A DNA stretch of 64,000 bases, taken from assembly GCA_030704615.1 (NCBI GenBank), contig CM060733.1:53506001-53570000 (forward strand), in the 5' to 3' direction. The notes under the pieces are model-generated. The model was not told where the DNA came from. It saw only the letters and a program-made list of their open reading frames with translations, and ran no database searches. The number at the start of each line of letters is the position of its first letter. Positions within the stretch are counted from its first letter, which is position 1. Below are positions 1 to 12,989 of the stretch, piece after piece. Position numbers and translations under genes: made by a program. Origin of the DNA: Takakia lepidozioides. Lineage: Eukaryota > Plantae > Bryophyta.

Positions 1-44
1 TCCCCGCGCACATTTCTCCCGGGTTTTTTTTTTTCCCGTTATTT

Positions 45-164
45 TTGGGCAGTCCGGGTAGATAGACGACGTACGAAACGTGGCGACGACGATGACGTGG
101 CACTATGGCACCCTATTCCTACTCTACGCTAAACTAGCTCTCGACCTTCGGTCGTAGTTAGAAT
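45..164 (+). repeat. Dispersed repeat ending in a hairpin (Helitron/Helentron-like terminus), copy 1
   Basis: ACGTGGCACTATGGCACCCTAT...CTAAACTAGCT-CGACCTTCGGTCG-TAGTTAGAAT recurs as a reverse complement at about 28895-29075. The hairpin spans 134-161. Confidence 0.6.
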
Positions 165-607
165 TTCATTATATCTCACAAATGCACAATCAATATGGAT
201 TAGAATCCACCCATCTTTACATTGCCGATAAGCTCTTTTTTTTTTTTTTTTTTTTAAAAACCAGAACAGATAAGCTTTTGATAGAGATATTATAGAAAGA
301 TTACACATGTATGTCTTTATCTTATCTTCAAGTTACATTTGTACGACTGCAAAGTTTGTGTTGTATAATTTTGTTAAGTTCTACATGAATAAATGTTAAT
401 AGCCCCAGTAAACGCCATGTGGAAATAATCTATTTGACAGTTGGTGGTTAGTTTACATATTTGTCAATTTCAACTCCTTGTTTGTTGACTTTCAACTACC
501 TTCGTGTTTTTTTTCAAATCATGCACCGCCGTGTGTAGGAGACAATGATTCATTCGGTTGCAGTGTGAGAGTATGGACTCTAAAGAGTAGGGTCACAACT
601 TATAGCC

Positions 608-3600
608 ATGGAGCTACCAGCCTTCACCTTTTGTCATCCACCGGTACAATATCCCATTTTTTCTTATTGTGTTTCAACCTATATGTACCTCTACAAGTTG
701 TAATTAAGTAATGAAGTCAGATAACATCTGAACGAAGTGAGTACATATGTGACAACATCTAGTTTTAGATCTAGATTATAATGATACAAGAAGCGTTTGG
801 TACAAAACCTTATTACGTGCCAACAACACTATTTCTCATACAATATTATTTTGATTGATGGTTGTGTGTGGCAGGAGCAACCACGCCGCAAATCCCAATC
901 TTTAAATTTCTCAGAAGATGGGTATCCCCAGGTGCGAACCATGGGAAGGATGAAAGAGGTGCTAGTCAATGATACCCAAGAAAATTACGAGAATGCTGGC
1001 GCATGCTATGCATGTGTAAAACAATCTAGCGGACCCCAACCCACTTGGTTGAAATACGACCGTCAGGCAAACTCCGACTCCTGCATGCTTATATATAGAA
1101 AAGAGGCAGTGATACATCAATTGTGTTTTCAACTTTTGCAGATTGGGGGTCTTACAAATTCATTAAGAGAAAAATAAAAAATGTGATGGGTTCCTATCAG
1201 ATATGTGTGAGAGAGAAACATGTATGCATTGATGAGAAAAACTGGACATCCACACAAGTATGATGATATCACACTCATAAAAAGGATATGGATAGTATGC
1301 AACAAAATATATATATGCATATGAAATTAAAGATTCCAGCAGAAGTAATATTTTGAATACAACCTACCATTAGGTCTACATTTTCCATTCAAATTAAGTT
1401 CAATCAATGAAATTTTATGTCCATATAGTTTTGAAATTGGTTGAAATTTCACAATTGAAAACATTTGTGGGTATATAGGTCTTGCGATTCTTCGGCTATT
1501 TTAAAGAGCAAGTTGATGAACGGATGGAGGAGAACTATCGCATTCGGAAATGTACATTGTATTACTATCTTGCCGATGGCATGATTCACATTGGGGTACT
1601 AGACTACACTATCAATATTATGCAATGAGAGATCACCACCTCCAAAGTGTATTTGCCGAAGTATAAAAAATGGTTCAATATACTATGGCAATATAACCTC
1701 AAAATATTTTCTCAACGATGAAGTGTACATCATGGATCCCTACTTAGTGATGGTATTACACGTCTAAAACCACCGATAAGGATTATCATTATTATTACTT
1801 TTATTACTTTTGAAATAATTCTTGGGGTCTCACTACTTGAAGACAGAGTAATCTTTGGTGTGATGTTGAAATGAGGTTGTCATGAGATAAAAATCATTGG
1901 TCTTACGTGTAATTGGAACCCATGCCAACTTGAAAGTTGATAATGACTGGATATATAATATTGAGCATAAAAAGAAATTGGTCTAAAATTAAGCTACGTA
2001 CCTACAATATCCAAGAAATTTGTAGACATGTATGAGCAGGGTATGTGTCTAGCAATAGATACTTATACATTGTATGGAACTTGAATGGGGATAGCATGTT
2101 TAATTGATGTTTACTTTTTATCTGAGAATTTTTTTTCACTTCAAGCGAAACTCATTAAATTGTCATGAGGATGGGTGCCCTAGAAGCTTCACAATCCTCA
2201 CTCATATCGAGCCAAAAGCCATGCTTATAAATAATCTGTGGTGGGTGGATGACCACAGGAACCAAGAGAGAAAAATAGCGGCATGCTTCAGGTACTAAAG
2301 CAACCACTTAATATGAGAATAAGTATAAATATATATTATGCATTCGGCGGAGTGTTTTGGCACCTCACATACATGAGGCACATTGTCCCTCGACGTCATT
2401 TGGGTTTCTAATGCAAACTATTGAATTTATTTTGTATCCCCATTCAATATATCTTTGGGCCATCTTTTTGGATTATTCACCAATATGAATCAACTTTGAG
2501 GACACTTGTTGATGTCTTGTCATTGAATTTAAAATGTATATACATCTCGTCATGGGCACAACTAAAAGGGGAAAAATCCAACTCAAAACCGTGTTGTTCT
2601 CTTCAATGAACAAACTTCTATGGGATTTCTTTGAAGTTGTGATTTTGAACAACAATCACACCAAGATGTAGATAACGAAGTGAATGGTGCGATTTTTATT
2701 ATTACCTCATACGTTTAAACAATATAATTTAAGTTAAATTCAAATTAGGTTCTTTATAACAACTGATATCTCATTTTCTCAACTTTTAATCAGTGTGATG
2801 GTCAGTATGTTGTTGGTTAACACATTTCTGCAATGACATGGGTACAATATTGGTATGTTGAAACAGAATTGACCTATGAGTTTATATATCATACATTAAG
2901 TATCAACATCGAAATGTGAAGTCTTCATTTAACTTAAGTCTTTGAGCTTAACTACTTGGAGAGTTTTTGGACTATTTAAATATAATATAATTATATTTAG
3001 AACATGTATGTTGTTTGATTTTGAGAAGGCAATACATTGTGCAGGGAGTATTTTTGAAGAAGCAGAGAGTACCCAATGGAAAGGGTGGGTGGATACAAGT
3101 GACAGACTTTTGCTTAGGCAAAGAGATTACTCTCTGTGGTCACACTTTCCGTATCTGCAGTTGTGATGTCTTCACTAGGGTTCTTCCCCAACCCTTTAAT
3201 TTTCACTCAAAGTTATAGACATGTTGTCAAATTTACCTTAGGATAACTTGAGTTTGAATTTCCAATTATTTTGTATTCCCGATTTAGAGAGTTTGACAAT
3301 TAGATAAAATAATAGATATACGACCGTTTCGTTTGATGTTCAATGTATATTATATGGTGAATGCAAGACCGAGACAGTTGAAGCTACCCAAAGAAGGCGA
3401 CAAGATGATAGAGAGTATTATCAACCTTTAAAAATACAAAATTAATTAAATTTATCAATGATTTTGCAATATCCAACAAAACGATAAGAGAGGCTAATGA
3501 GAGCTTTGACTAAAGTCTGAAGCTTCATAGCCAATGATGTTTTTTCCCAACTAACACCTTCCAAAAATTGATAGTAATTTGAGAACGATATAGAAAATGA

Positions 3601-6600
3601 CATACCTAAACTTCAAGGAAAATTTTCTTGAGAAGTTATTTCTGCTATTACCGAACAATGTTTAGTTTGTTCCCATTAGAAAGACAGAATAAATGCTCCA
3701 AACCCTTATGCTCACCACTATCAGACAAGGTCATGAGAGGATGGTTTGTTAATTTACATCCAACTTGATAAATATTTTAATTAGTACTAACACCGGATAA
3801 CCATTAGCTCGATGTTTATGGATTTTCAGTCTCATAAGCCACTTTTATATTAATCATGTCAAACCAAAAGTCTTATAGATTTTATTTACTCGAGTCCTCA
3901 TTGCATAGCATTCACCCACGCTGATTTTCAACGTCCACTGGAATTGTGGTACAGAGGTATTTGATGAAACAAAGGTTGCCTGTTGGAGAGGATGAAGCCA
4001 TTCCAGGGGAACCTATAGAAGCCTACCGTGACCATTATAGACATGTCTTCACCAAGAAGATCAAGGAATATGCAACAAAGCAATTTTTAGAATTGGATGG
4101 CAAAGTGTTGCGATTTTTCGCCGTTTGGGATGATCGTGATGTACCATATGGCGAGCGTCGTCCCTATGTGAGTTCTGTTTTCTCCTGCACACCCCTCCTA
4201 AGTATTTCATACATGCTTCTAAATGTAGGCGTTGATTCCACTAGTAATATAATCATCACATTAATTATAATATTATATTTGAGATCAATAGCTTAGTTTT
4301 TTCAAGCAACTTATGTGCCCTTGGCTAATCTATGGGTCTACTTTAGCGGGGATGTGTTACTGAAGGGGGTTTGTGGTTATAATATATATAACATTCTAAT
4401 CAAGAGTTTATATTGGACACAATTGAGTTATATTTTATTCTATCTCGTTAATGTAATAAGATAAATAAATATTTATTTATGTACTCACCTAATAGTTGGT
4501 AGTGTAATAATTAACAGCCATATGTCTTTCCATTCCAAGTTTTTACCAGCTACAAAGATTGACATGGTGGTTTCAAGCTAAATTTAATTTATGATTGACT
4601 TGGTGTGATGAATTTTGGAAGGGTTGATCTATCATGTGTTTCTAAAATGTAATGGAAAATTTTGGTTGGTTCTTAATACAAGGTAAGTTGTCAATGCCCA
4701 TATAGGGCAAAACTAATAGAAAACCATGAATAAAGGTTTTGTGACAACCATTGAGATTTGAAAATTAGATTGACAAGTTGATCAACAACTATCATATCTA
4801 GTTGAGATAGAGAATATTTTATGCTCTTCAGATGATTATATAGAGACAATATGATGCATAATGATTCTAATAGGACTTCCTTCCATGCTATTCCGTTTAG
4901 TTTCTATATCTATCATAGATATTGAGCCCTCTGATTTTAGTATGGTGAATACAAAACCATCAATTTCTATGTAGAATGTATATGCAAAGAAGGGGGGAAT
5001 GATCCCAAAAAATCTTATTTATTTTGTGATTTTCACATTACATTGACGTGATTATTTCTTACTGTTCTACATGATCCTAGGATCCCATGACTATTATTAA
5101 TTTATTCGTTTTTTGTATATAAATATTTAAGTTCTATCGGTTTTTTTTTTTCCCCTTATCTTTCTCTTACACACATACTTAACACCATGATATATTAGGG
5201 CTAGCTGTTTTTTTCATATGTAATATTTCAAGATTCTGAATTTTCCTGTGATTTATTTGAGAGTTGACTAGGTACTGAACTATTTTTTGGGAGATGACAC
5301 GACTGAAATCTTAGAGATAACAGAGCGCAACAATGGTCGTATGGCTTTCCCCAAATTGCTACGACGTCAAAAATTACCCAAAGACACCCCACATGACCTT
5401 CTAGGTGGGTTGTGTTTTTCAATCTTAAATGTGTATCAAATATGGGAATGCATATGCAATTATTTGAGACAATACCATATGTTTTTGGTTTGGATTGAAC
5501 CGATGATTGAACCAAGTATTCATCCAATTATTACCCTAGACAACATCCTACAAATGGCTCCATGGTAAATTAGGGCACAAAGCCACCTCACAAGTGGTCA
5601 TGGTTTCAATGCTATGTAGGTGTGTGGGTATCTCGGGACTTTCAAGTTATTTGGGGAGGTTTGGGAAACCATGTTGCCCCACTTGCCGCTGCTAGGAGGT
5701 TCCTTCCAAACTGAAGGCGGATTTAGTCTTTTGGGGTGAAGTGACACCATAAGTTTACGCTTGTTTTGGTTAAACGAAAGGATATTGAAAAAAGGGAGAG
5801 AAATCAAAAAGACAAAAATCCAATGTCTCGGCCCGTAAACCACAAGAGATAAACATAGAATCTTTGAATTAGGCATTATACATTGTATTATTATATATGG
5901 GAGAAACACTTTTGTTGTACCTTTGGTTTGTCATCACCACTATGGTGTGTTTGCTTTATGGTCCCTTGGGGTTTATAGTTTTTCTCCATTTACAATAAAA
6001 TGTAAGGTCCTCCGTCTGAAAATAAAATAAAATAAACTCTAAATAGATAAAACTACGAAGAAACATGATATTTATGATATGGCCATACCACAATTAGAGA
6101 GAGAGAAAGAGAATAGTAGCCAATGGTATTAAGTGTCTTTCCTGTCTCATTTTGATAGGCCTTCTAACACCACAAATTACAGTAATTATATTATAATATC
6201 ATTATATTCATGTTGCAGGGTCAAAGAACATGGCAACAGCAAAGCCCAAAGATGCGTATTATCGTGACACTGACTTTCATGTTGGAAGCTACATAAGAGT
6301 GTTTGATCGGGATATGCTTATACATGATGTTGATGAATTTACTAGGAACTATTACCGTACCAAATATGGTATGTCAGATGACATGCTTGAGGCTATTAAT
6401 GTCCAGGTAATTTTTTGGTTGTAGCTTTCACCAAAAAAAAATGTCAAATAAAAATCTCAGACAAATCTGCGTAATAACAAGGAGTATATAATAGCTGAAA
6501 GAGTACATTGCATATGCATATAATGAAATATTGCTATTTTTTATCAACATAGTAAATCAGATATTTGTTCAGTTAAGGGTGGAGAAGTCCAATCATTAGA

Positions 6601-9600
6601 CTCCGAAAGTTAACATTTATCATATTAGTTTGAGGCCCTTCCTCCGTCCATGTGCATCGAAATTTTTTGTACGGTTGGATAGATGATAATCAACCACAAC
6701 TTACAAGCTCACCTAATAATCAATTGTTTTCAAAAATGGTTTTCTTATTTAATAGCTCTTAATATTTTTCTCTTCATGAAATGTGGACACGTTGCCGAAG
6801 CAAACGGAAATTATGGTGTCTCTTAATCCCAAAGAGCTACAAATTGCTTTCTGGTGGAGGGTGGACATCTCTATGACATCCAACATGTGATTTGAACCCA
6901 CAACCACTATTACTGAAGTTGTGTATGCCCTTACCGATGGGCTGATGTTGGTTGTCTTCTTTCCATGTAGGTATTAGCATCTCATGTTAAAAAATATAAC
7001 GACGATGTATCATACACATTGCATATCATAGAGTAATGCAAATCAAAAGTTTGACTTGGAAGATATTTTTGTTTTAGGTGCAATGTAGGAAGAGGGCCCT
7101 GTATTGGCAAGGATGGCCATTCCACCACACAATGGCTTTGGCTCTGAAGCAGACAGCTACATGAACTGCATTTCTCTTATTCCTAAAGCAGCCCAAAAAG
7201 ACTACTACAAGTTCATCTACAAGGATGGCAAGGTTCGAGCCCGTCCCTCAACCTACGTCTAAATTTCAACTCAATAGTCCGATCTATACAAGAAATAACT
7301 TGACCCAACTAAGAGTCATGACATTCATTGCTATGTTTTGATTTTTTGTGGTTTTCTGATTTCATCACCGTCTGATATGCAACCACTCCAAGTATTTGCA
7401 ACATGTTTAGGTAGATGTATGTATGACATAAGTTCATAGGGCCCTCATGAAAAAAGCCGACTAATTAGGCACGACAATTAATATCTCTATAAACAATTGA
7501 TATGATCTATTTTTAATTAAATTATGTACACTGAAGCCATTTGTTTCCATCCTACATTTTATTGAGTTTGATATTTTGTCCATTGCAGATTTTATGTTTC
7601 TCATGTAAGATTGCTGAAGATGCCACACATAAGGTCTCCATTGTTGACAAAACACGCCAGATGGTCTTCCAAGTATATTTTTCGAGAATTGTGCTTACAT
7701 TATATCTGCTTAGTCTAGGCATTGTCACAACATACATGAGATTTACAAAAATGTATAGCAATATTGGCAATTAGGTTTGTCTTTACTCATAAAAAACAAC
7801 ATTGAGTTTACCACATTATAATTTAACGCAATCATTTGGAGAATGATAGAATAATGAATTGAACTACAAGACATATTCTTAATGAAATGGCTTTACTAGT
7901 CTATGCAGTCTGAAACATTAGAATAACATCAGTAAAATACAAATACTTTGTATTTTTTAAACTTTTTTTTTTTTACGTCAACAAGAGGAAAGACCTTATG
8001 AACCCAAATAAAAATAAAAATAAAAACCAAATTAGCTGAGAGGACGGAAGAAGAAAGAGATAAAAAGTTATACCATGTCTCTAATATAAAAAGAGGAGAA
8101 AGAACTACTTTGTTTTCAAATTATGCTCGTTGTAAACAAATACCTTTTGATCTAGATTTGAATGGAGCCAAGAGTATCGGAGGGAGTAAGAGCAGGGAGT
8201 GAGGCTTTACTTGGTAGAGTGAAGATTTCTCTTTGTTGATGAGCAAGAAAGGTGCAGGAAAGATGAAAGAAAGAGGTATAATTAAGTTGTCTTACATTGT
8301 CCATATATTGGGTGCTTTTGAACAGTACTATTTGTCAGATGATACGGTCTCAGTGTTTGAACCTCCAGCTCGAAATTCTGGATGTACATCTGGGCGTTTC
8401 CTCCAAAGATTGGAAGCTCCCCGATTGCCTGGCACCAAGAGACCTTATTGTCCTAGTGATTGTTACATGGGTGCTCGCCTTGATCTACACGAGCGTCTCT
8501 TTGATTTGATTCAAGCCGATGAATGGACCCTTAAATACATGGAAGATGACCCCAAACAGTTTCCAATGGCCAACTATGACACAGTCTCAAAAAAGGTATT
8601 GGAACCACTTACCAAGTTCACATACATTGCAATATAATTCCTCATGACAAGTGTAGATCCTACAATTTTTTGCAGTGTAGGTCTTACATGTCATATATTA
8701 TTCCTAATAAAATATTGTCCAAGTACTCGATGGACTCACCTAATAAGCTGGGTTGAATGGATGAGCCTAGATGCGTTAATTTCCTTGTTCTGATAAATGC
8801 ATTCACAAATCACTATTACTGAGTTGTGAACCTGATAAGAGGGTACATTTTCATTTTGTTTTTGTGAGGAAGGTTAACAACAATAAGGTTTGGATGTATA
8901 TGATATTTAGCCAGTCTAAATATGCCAATCTTAAGATTATATGTACTTATATTCTTGAAAACCATCATCATGCTTGATGATGTCAATTTTAATGGGAAGG
9001 GGCAGTAGCTGAGAGGTGAAGTGGCTCTTAGTTCGCAAGCTTAGACCAAAGTCTCTTCTCTCTCTTTCCCGCTCTCTCTATGTGTTTTGGGTTGGTGGAG
9101 TCTAGTAGGTATCACTATCAGCACTGACATTGTTTTATCTTATCGCATGATCTATAAACCGTTTAAAATATGTTCTATCAATCATTCTCTTAAATGCACT
9201 TGAGTAAATAATTGCTAAAATATCGACAATGAATGTAGCAATGAGTTTATCACTGATTAAGTCATCCAAAGAACTTTGTGATTTTATTTTTATTTTTTTC
9301 GGTCATAAATATATTTCATTTCATAACTTTCTTGTATAATAGGGGATCCATGTGTTTGAAACACTTGTTGTATTAAGACACCAACTTAAGGTGGAGAATA
9401 TTTTGGTCTTGCCACAGTTGAAGGGAATGATTGCCAAGTTGTCTGCGGATAAAAAGGCTGACTTACAGAAGAAGCTTCCAGGGCCATCCCCAAAGCCCGT
9501 TAGTGCCCCCAAGTCACCATGCAGTAGCCCTCCCCCAGTGTCACCATGCGGCAGCCCATGTGAAGCTACCAACAGTCCTCCCAAGTCACCAGTCAAAACC

Positions 9601-10579
9601 TGCACCAAAGAACCGCCCTCTCCAAAGAGTCCACCAAGTTGGCCTAAATCGCCAACTGACATCTCACCGTAAGTGTCAAATTCTTCACCTTGTTAGCCCT
9701 CGAAGTTTTAGATCATTCTTTTGTGTAGATTAGCCTTGTAATGCAATTAGTTATGGTCTCTGCCCAATCTAACTTGCAAATCTCCCACCACAAGTCTGCA
9801 ACACGACAAAATCTTGAAACTTATCATCAATAATTCTAGTGCTGAGGCATATTGGCATATAATAGCTCGTAGTAATCATAGCAAATGAAGAGGCGGTATC
9901 TTGTATACCCATGGCCTCAATATGGTACAACGGACCTTTAAATTGTCCAGTTGCACTATCACCACTTGCTTGAAAATTATCCATTTGACTGCCATCCAAT
10001 CCCTAACGACCCTCGTTGCTAACAAACAAAAACTTGAAAACAACCAGCATATCTTATATATAGTACTCCACATCTTGTTCCCATAGGGGCCATCTCCTGA
10101 AATGGAGCAATAGTCATTAGGTGAAGTGGACCTTAGTTACGCCAGCTTTGGGCTAAGTCTTCTCTATCTCTCGCTCTCTTTTAGTATTGCAACTTTTTTA
10201 CCAAGAAAAATCAGAAAAGAAAAGAGGGAATGTGTCCTTCAAACCAACGACCAAAAAACATAGGGATGGAGAGTAATTAAGTAATGCATCCACTTTCAAT
10301 GGGCATGATTTGAAATTATATTCCTACCAAGAAAACTAAATATCTGACAATGTTTGCTACAATTTTTATAAACTATGATGACATCAGTGAGAGAATAATT
10401 ATGTTTGTCAATATGACAGACCAAAGTCACCGCCTCCCAAATCAGAGCCTCTCCAAACATTGTTGGATAAAGCAGGGATCAAGCTAGTAAGTCAAGAGAT
10501 ACACACTCTTGAGAGATTTGCAGCTAAGAACAAAGACAAATATCCCGACGTCTACAACCTAGTTAAGACATATTTTTGA
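608..10579 (+). CDS. EFHC1: EFHC1/RIB72-like axonemal microtubule inner protein with three DM10 domains; exons 608-643, 875-1066, 1479-1595, 2259-2291, 3045-3179, 3955-4167, 5272-5404, 6219-6406, 7089-7232, 7589-7672, 8326-8595, 9418-9668, 10420-10579
   Basis: The spliced ORF is phase-consistent. It carries DM10 signatures: YDRQ|VLRFFGYFKE...YYLADG..EPREKNSGMLQGVFLKKQR; DGKVLRFFAVWDD..NYFLGDDTTEILE..NNGR..FPKLLRR; PPHNGFGSEADS..CISLIPK; YYLSDDTVSVFEPPARNSG..GRFL..ADEWTLKYME. Introns are GT-AG except one GC donor at 1067. Confidence 0.9.
6878..6953 (-). other. Degenerate tRNA-like sequence (possible SINE head) in an EFHC1 intron
   Basis: The minus strand reads CCAACAT-CA-GCCC-ATCGGTAA-GGGC...GGTTCAAATC..ATGTTGG. 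This gives acceptor-like and D-like stems and a B-box, but no proper anticodon arm. Confidence 0.35.
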
Positions 10580-11289
10580 GGATAGAGAGATGAAAGACAT
10601 AGTGATGTAAGCTATTCCACACCATCCACTACCTTTGGCAATTTTCAATTGGAACTCCAAAAAACCATTGTTATAATAGAAAGAACCACAAAAACATAAC
10701 AAACATTAAACTCCATTCGTTTTTTGAGGTACGTATCTAATCTGTCAACCTATTAAACATTATCCAAAATTTCAAAAATAAAAAAGATCAATCTTACCCC
10801 TTTAGATGGATTTGATATGTTAATGATCAAACCAATTACTTAAATATATTGAAGAGACCGTACAAACCATTGGTGTGTGTGTGCGTGTATATATATGTAT
10901 ATAATAGGCTTATTTATCATTGAGTTCATTTATCAGTGGGTTTACAGTTTACTAGTAGGAGGTAAAGTCTTACAGGTGCGGTTCCCGGGGTGGCATGAGA
11001 CTTTGGTAGGCCTACTACCTAATCCCCACCCTTGTCTTATCCACCCTCCCTTCATGCTCTTTCCGCTCTCCTTTTTCAAGCTCCAGTCCTCCCACTCCCC
11101 TCTATCCATAACCCCTTTCAAGGTTATTGTTACGGGAGGGGGGCAATAGAAGGTGAGGAGCTTGGAAGTGGGGAACGGGAGGAAGGGAGCAGGATCTAAT
11201 TCTAGGACTAAGATTTTTGAGAAATGAAACAAATATGAAACCATCTTGTTTTCTTAATCAGAAACCAATGCACATCACCGCACGAACAG

Positions 11290-12116
11290 GTCTATGACAT
11301 CTGGTATGATTCCAGCCTTGACGATGTCACCATGGACCTCTTTGTCCTTTTCCAAGACTACTAGCCTCACACAAGCTTTGCAAATGAAATGAATGTCATG
11401 ACCTGGTTTGGCTTCACCCCATGCTCCATATTATTTGCTCATAGGTCTCCAAAGCCTCCATCCGGCACCGCTACTATGCATATCCTGACAAAGTCTTGGT
11501 CTCCCCCATCAGCCACTAAAGCAAATGGGGGGGTTTTGCAACGCCGCCCCGTGCGGCGCTGAGCGTGCGATGCCAACCCCGCGGCGCCTTTTTGCGACAC
11601 CCTTGCGACGTCCAACCATAGCAAGGTGGCATGAAGGGGAAAGGGGCCCCCGCTGCGACTGATTTTTTTTTTTCTTGCGACACCCCGACAGTACCAAAAC
11701 AAAACAAAACCCGAAAAAAAAAAAAAAAAACAAAAACAAACAAACAACGTTGCGACGCTCCGGCGTCATAGATGTGTCACTGAGGGCGCCCCAGCGACTC
11801 TGCGATGCCGGGGCATCGTGACAGCATCGCCACAATGGGGATTTGTTTGGTTTTTTTTGGGGGGGGCTTTGCGGCCCTCAATGTCACAAAAGCGTTGTTG
11901 TGGGCGCCCTGCGCTGGGATGCCCAACGTTGCGACGCCAAAGGGTCGCAACAGTGTTGTAGTCAGCTTAGGTCATCACAAGGACGTTGCTTGGGGCGCTT
12001 GGCGGTGGGGCTGCAACAACGGCGACGACGTTGGGGCTGGGCACTAAGGGTGTGGAGATTGCAACTCTCCGGCGTCACAAGAAGGACCCCTTAGAAGGAA
12101 CTTCAAAGAAATCTTG

Positions 12117-12153
<37 letters not shown>

Positions 12154-12830
12154 CTTTTGTGATACATAGATATATCGTTTGTGTATTGGTTAGTCTATAG
12201 TGTCTTAGAAATGTTATAACGTGGAGGTCCTAGGTTCAAGTATGCATTGCCTAATATATGTAAAACAATGAACATATTGTCATTGGACAGAACCGGAGTC
12301 AATGGTCAACAAGTTTTTAAAATTCAAATTTCAAATTTAAATTTTCTCACATAAATTCAGATGTACCCCCTTAAACTGCGACGTCCGGGCATCGCATTTT
12401 GCGACCCCGGACGTTGCTAATTCGGCATTGCAGAGTAGGTTTTTTTTTTTTAAGCCCGGACGTCACAAGTTGTACTGGCGCAAAATTGCGACCCCCATCG
12501 GTCACAAAATTGCGATGTTTTTGGCGACGCCCGGCGTTGCAAAATTGGCCCCTCCCCCCTGCCCGACAAGGGCTGTTTTGCGACGCCGCGACGTTGACCC
12601 CCCCCCCCCCCCCCCTTTTCCCTGTAGTGAGCCCCTTAAGCATAGGTCAGCCTCATCCCACGCCCTTGCTGTGCAAGTCCTACGATCATGGCTGTCATCG
12701 CGCTCTATAGCTCATTCAACCATAATGTGGAACACTCCATTTGCATCCTCGATGCACCTACATTTAGCAAACACGTCCACTAGGAGTTGTTCAGAATGAT
12801 ATTGACCTCTTTGCTCATGGATCATCACTC
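11290..12830 (-). pseudogene. Decayed PLS-class PPR fragment interrupted by a small CACTA element
   Basis: The minus strand gives LVDVFAKCRCIEDANGVFHIM (about 12720-12785) and MEALETYEQ..GVKPN..LEKDKEVHGDIVKAGIIPDVI (about 11295-11462). The nucleotide sequence resembles the PPR at 29380-31040 (ggaggctttggagacctat). Confidence 0.7.
11514..12629. mobile_element. Non-autonomous CACTA (En/Spm) element, 1116 bp
   Basis: Termini are CACTAAAGCAAATGGGGGGG and CCCCCCTTTTCCCTGTAGTG, with a 3-bp TSD AGC (11511-13 and 12630-32). GC-rich TTGCGAC/GCGACG subterminal repeats flank an AT-rich core with (TA)n. Confidence 0.9.
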
Positions 12831-12989
12831 ATTGATCATCGCTCTTATCGCACAGGTCTTATTTATAAAGAAATGTGACCCGGTTCGGTTTCACCCTTCC
12901 ACATGTGCATTTGGTAGATGACATGCGATTCAACTGAAGCCACCATCTAACTTTTGAATTCATCATGTTAAGAACTGGAACTGGGAGGT

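Noticed and set aside
6878-6953. Functional tRNA gene
   Set aside because: There is no canonical anticodon stem-loop and the T-stem is imperfect. Kept only as a possible SINE relic.
9769-10086. Nested gene in the last EFHC1 intron
   Set aside because: The ORFs are short with no convincing motif. At most this is a heavily decayed retroelement fragment.
11439-12799. Cluster of GC-rich ORFs
   Set aside because: These are spurious frames across the subterminal repeats and homopolymers of the non-autonomous CACTA.
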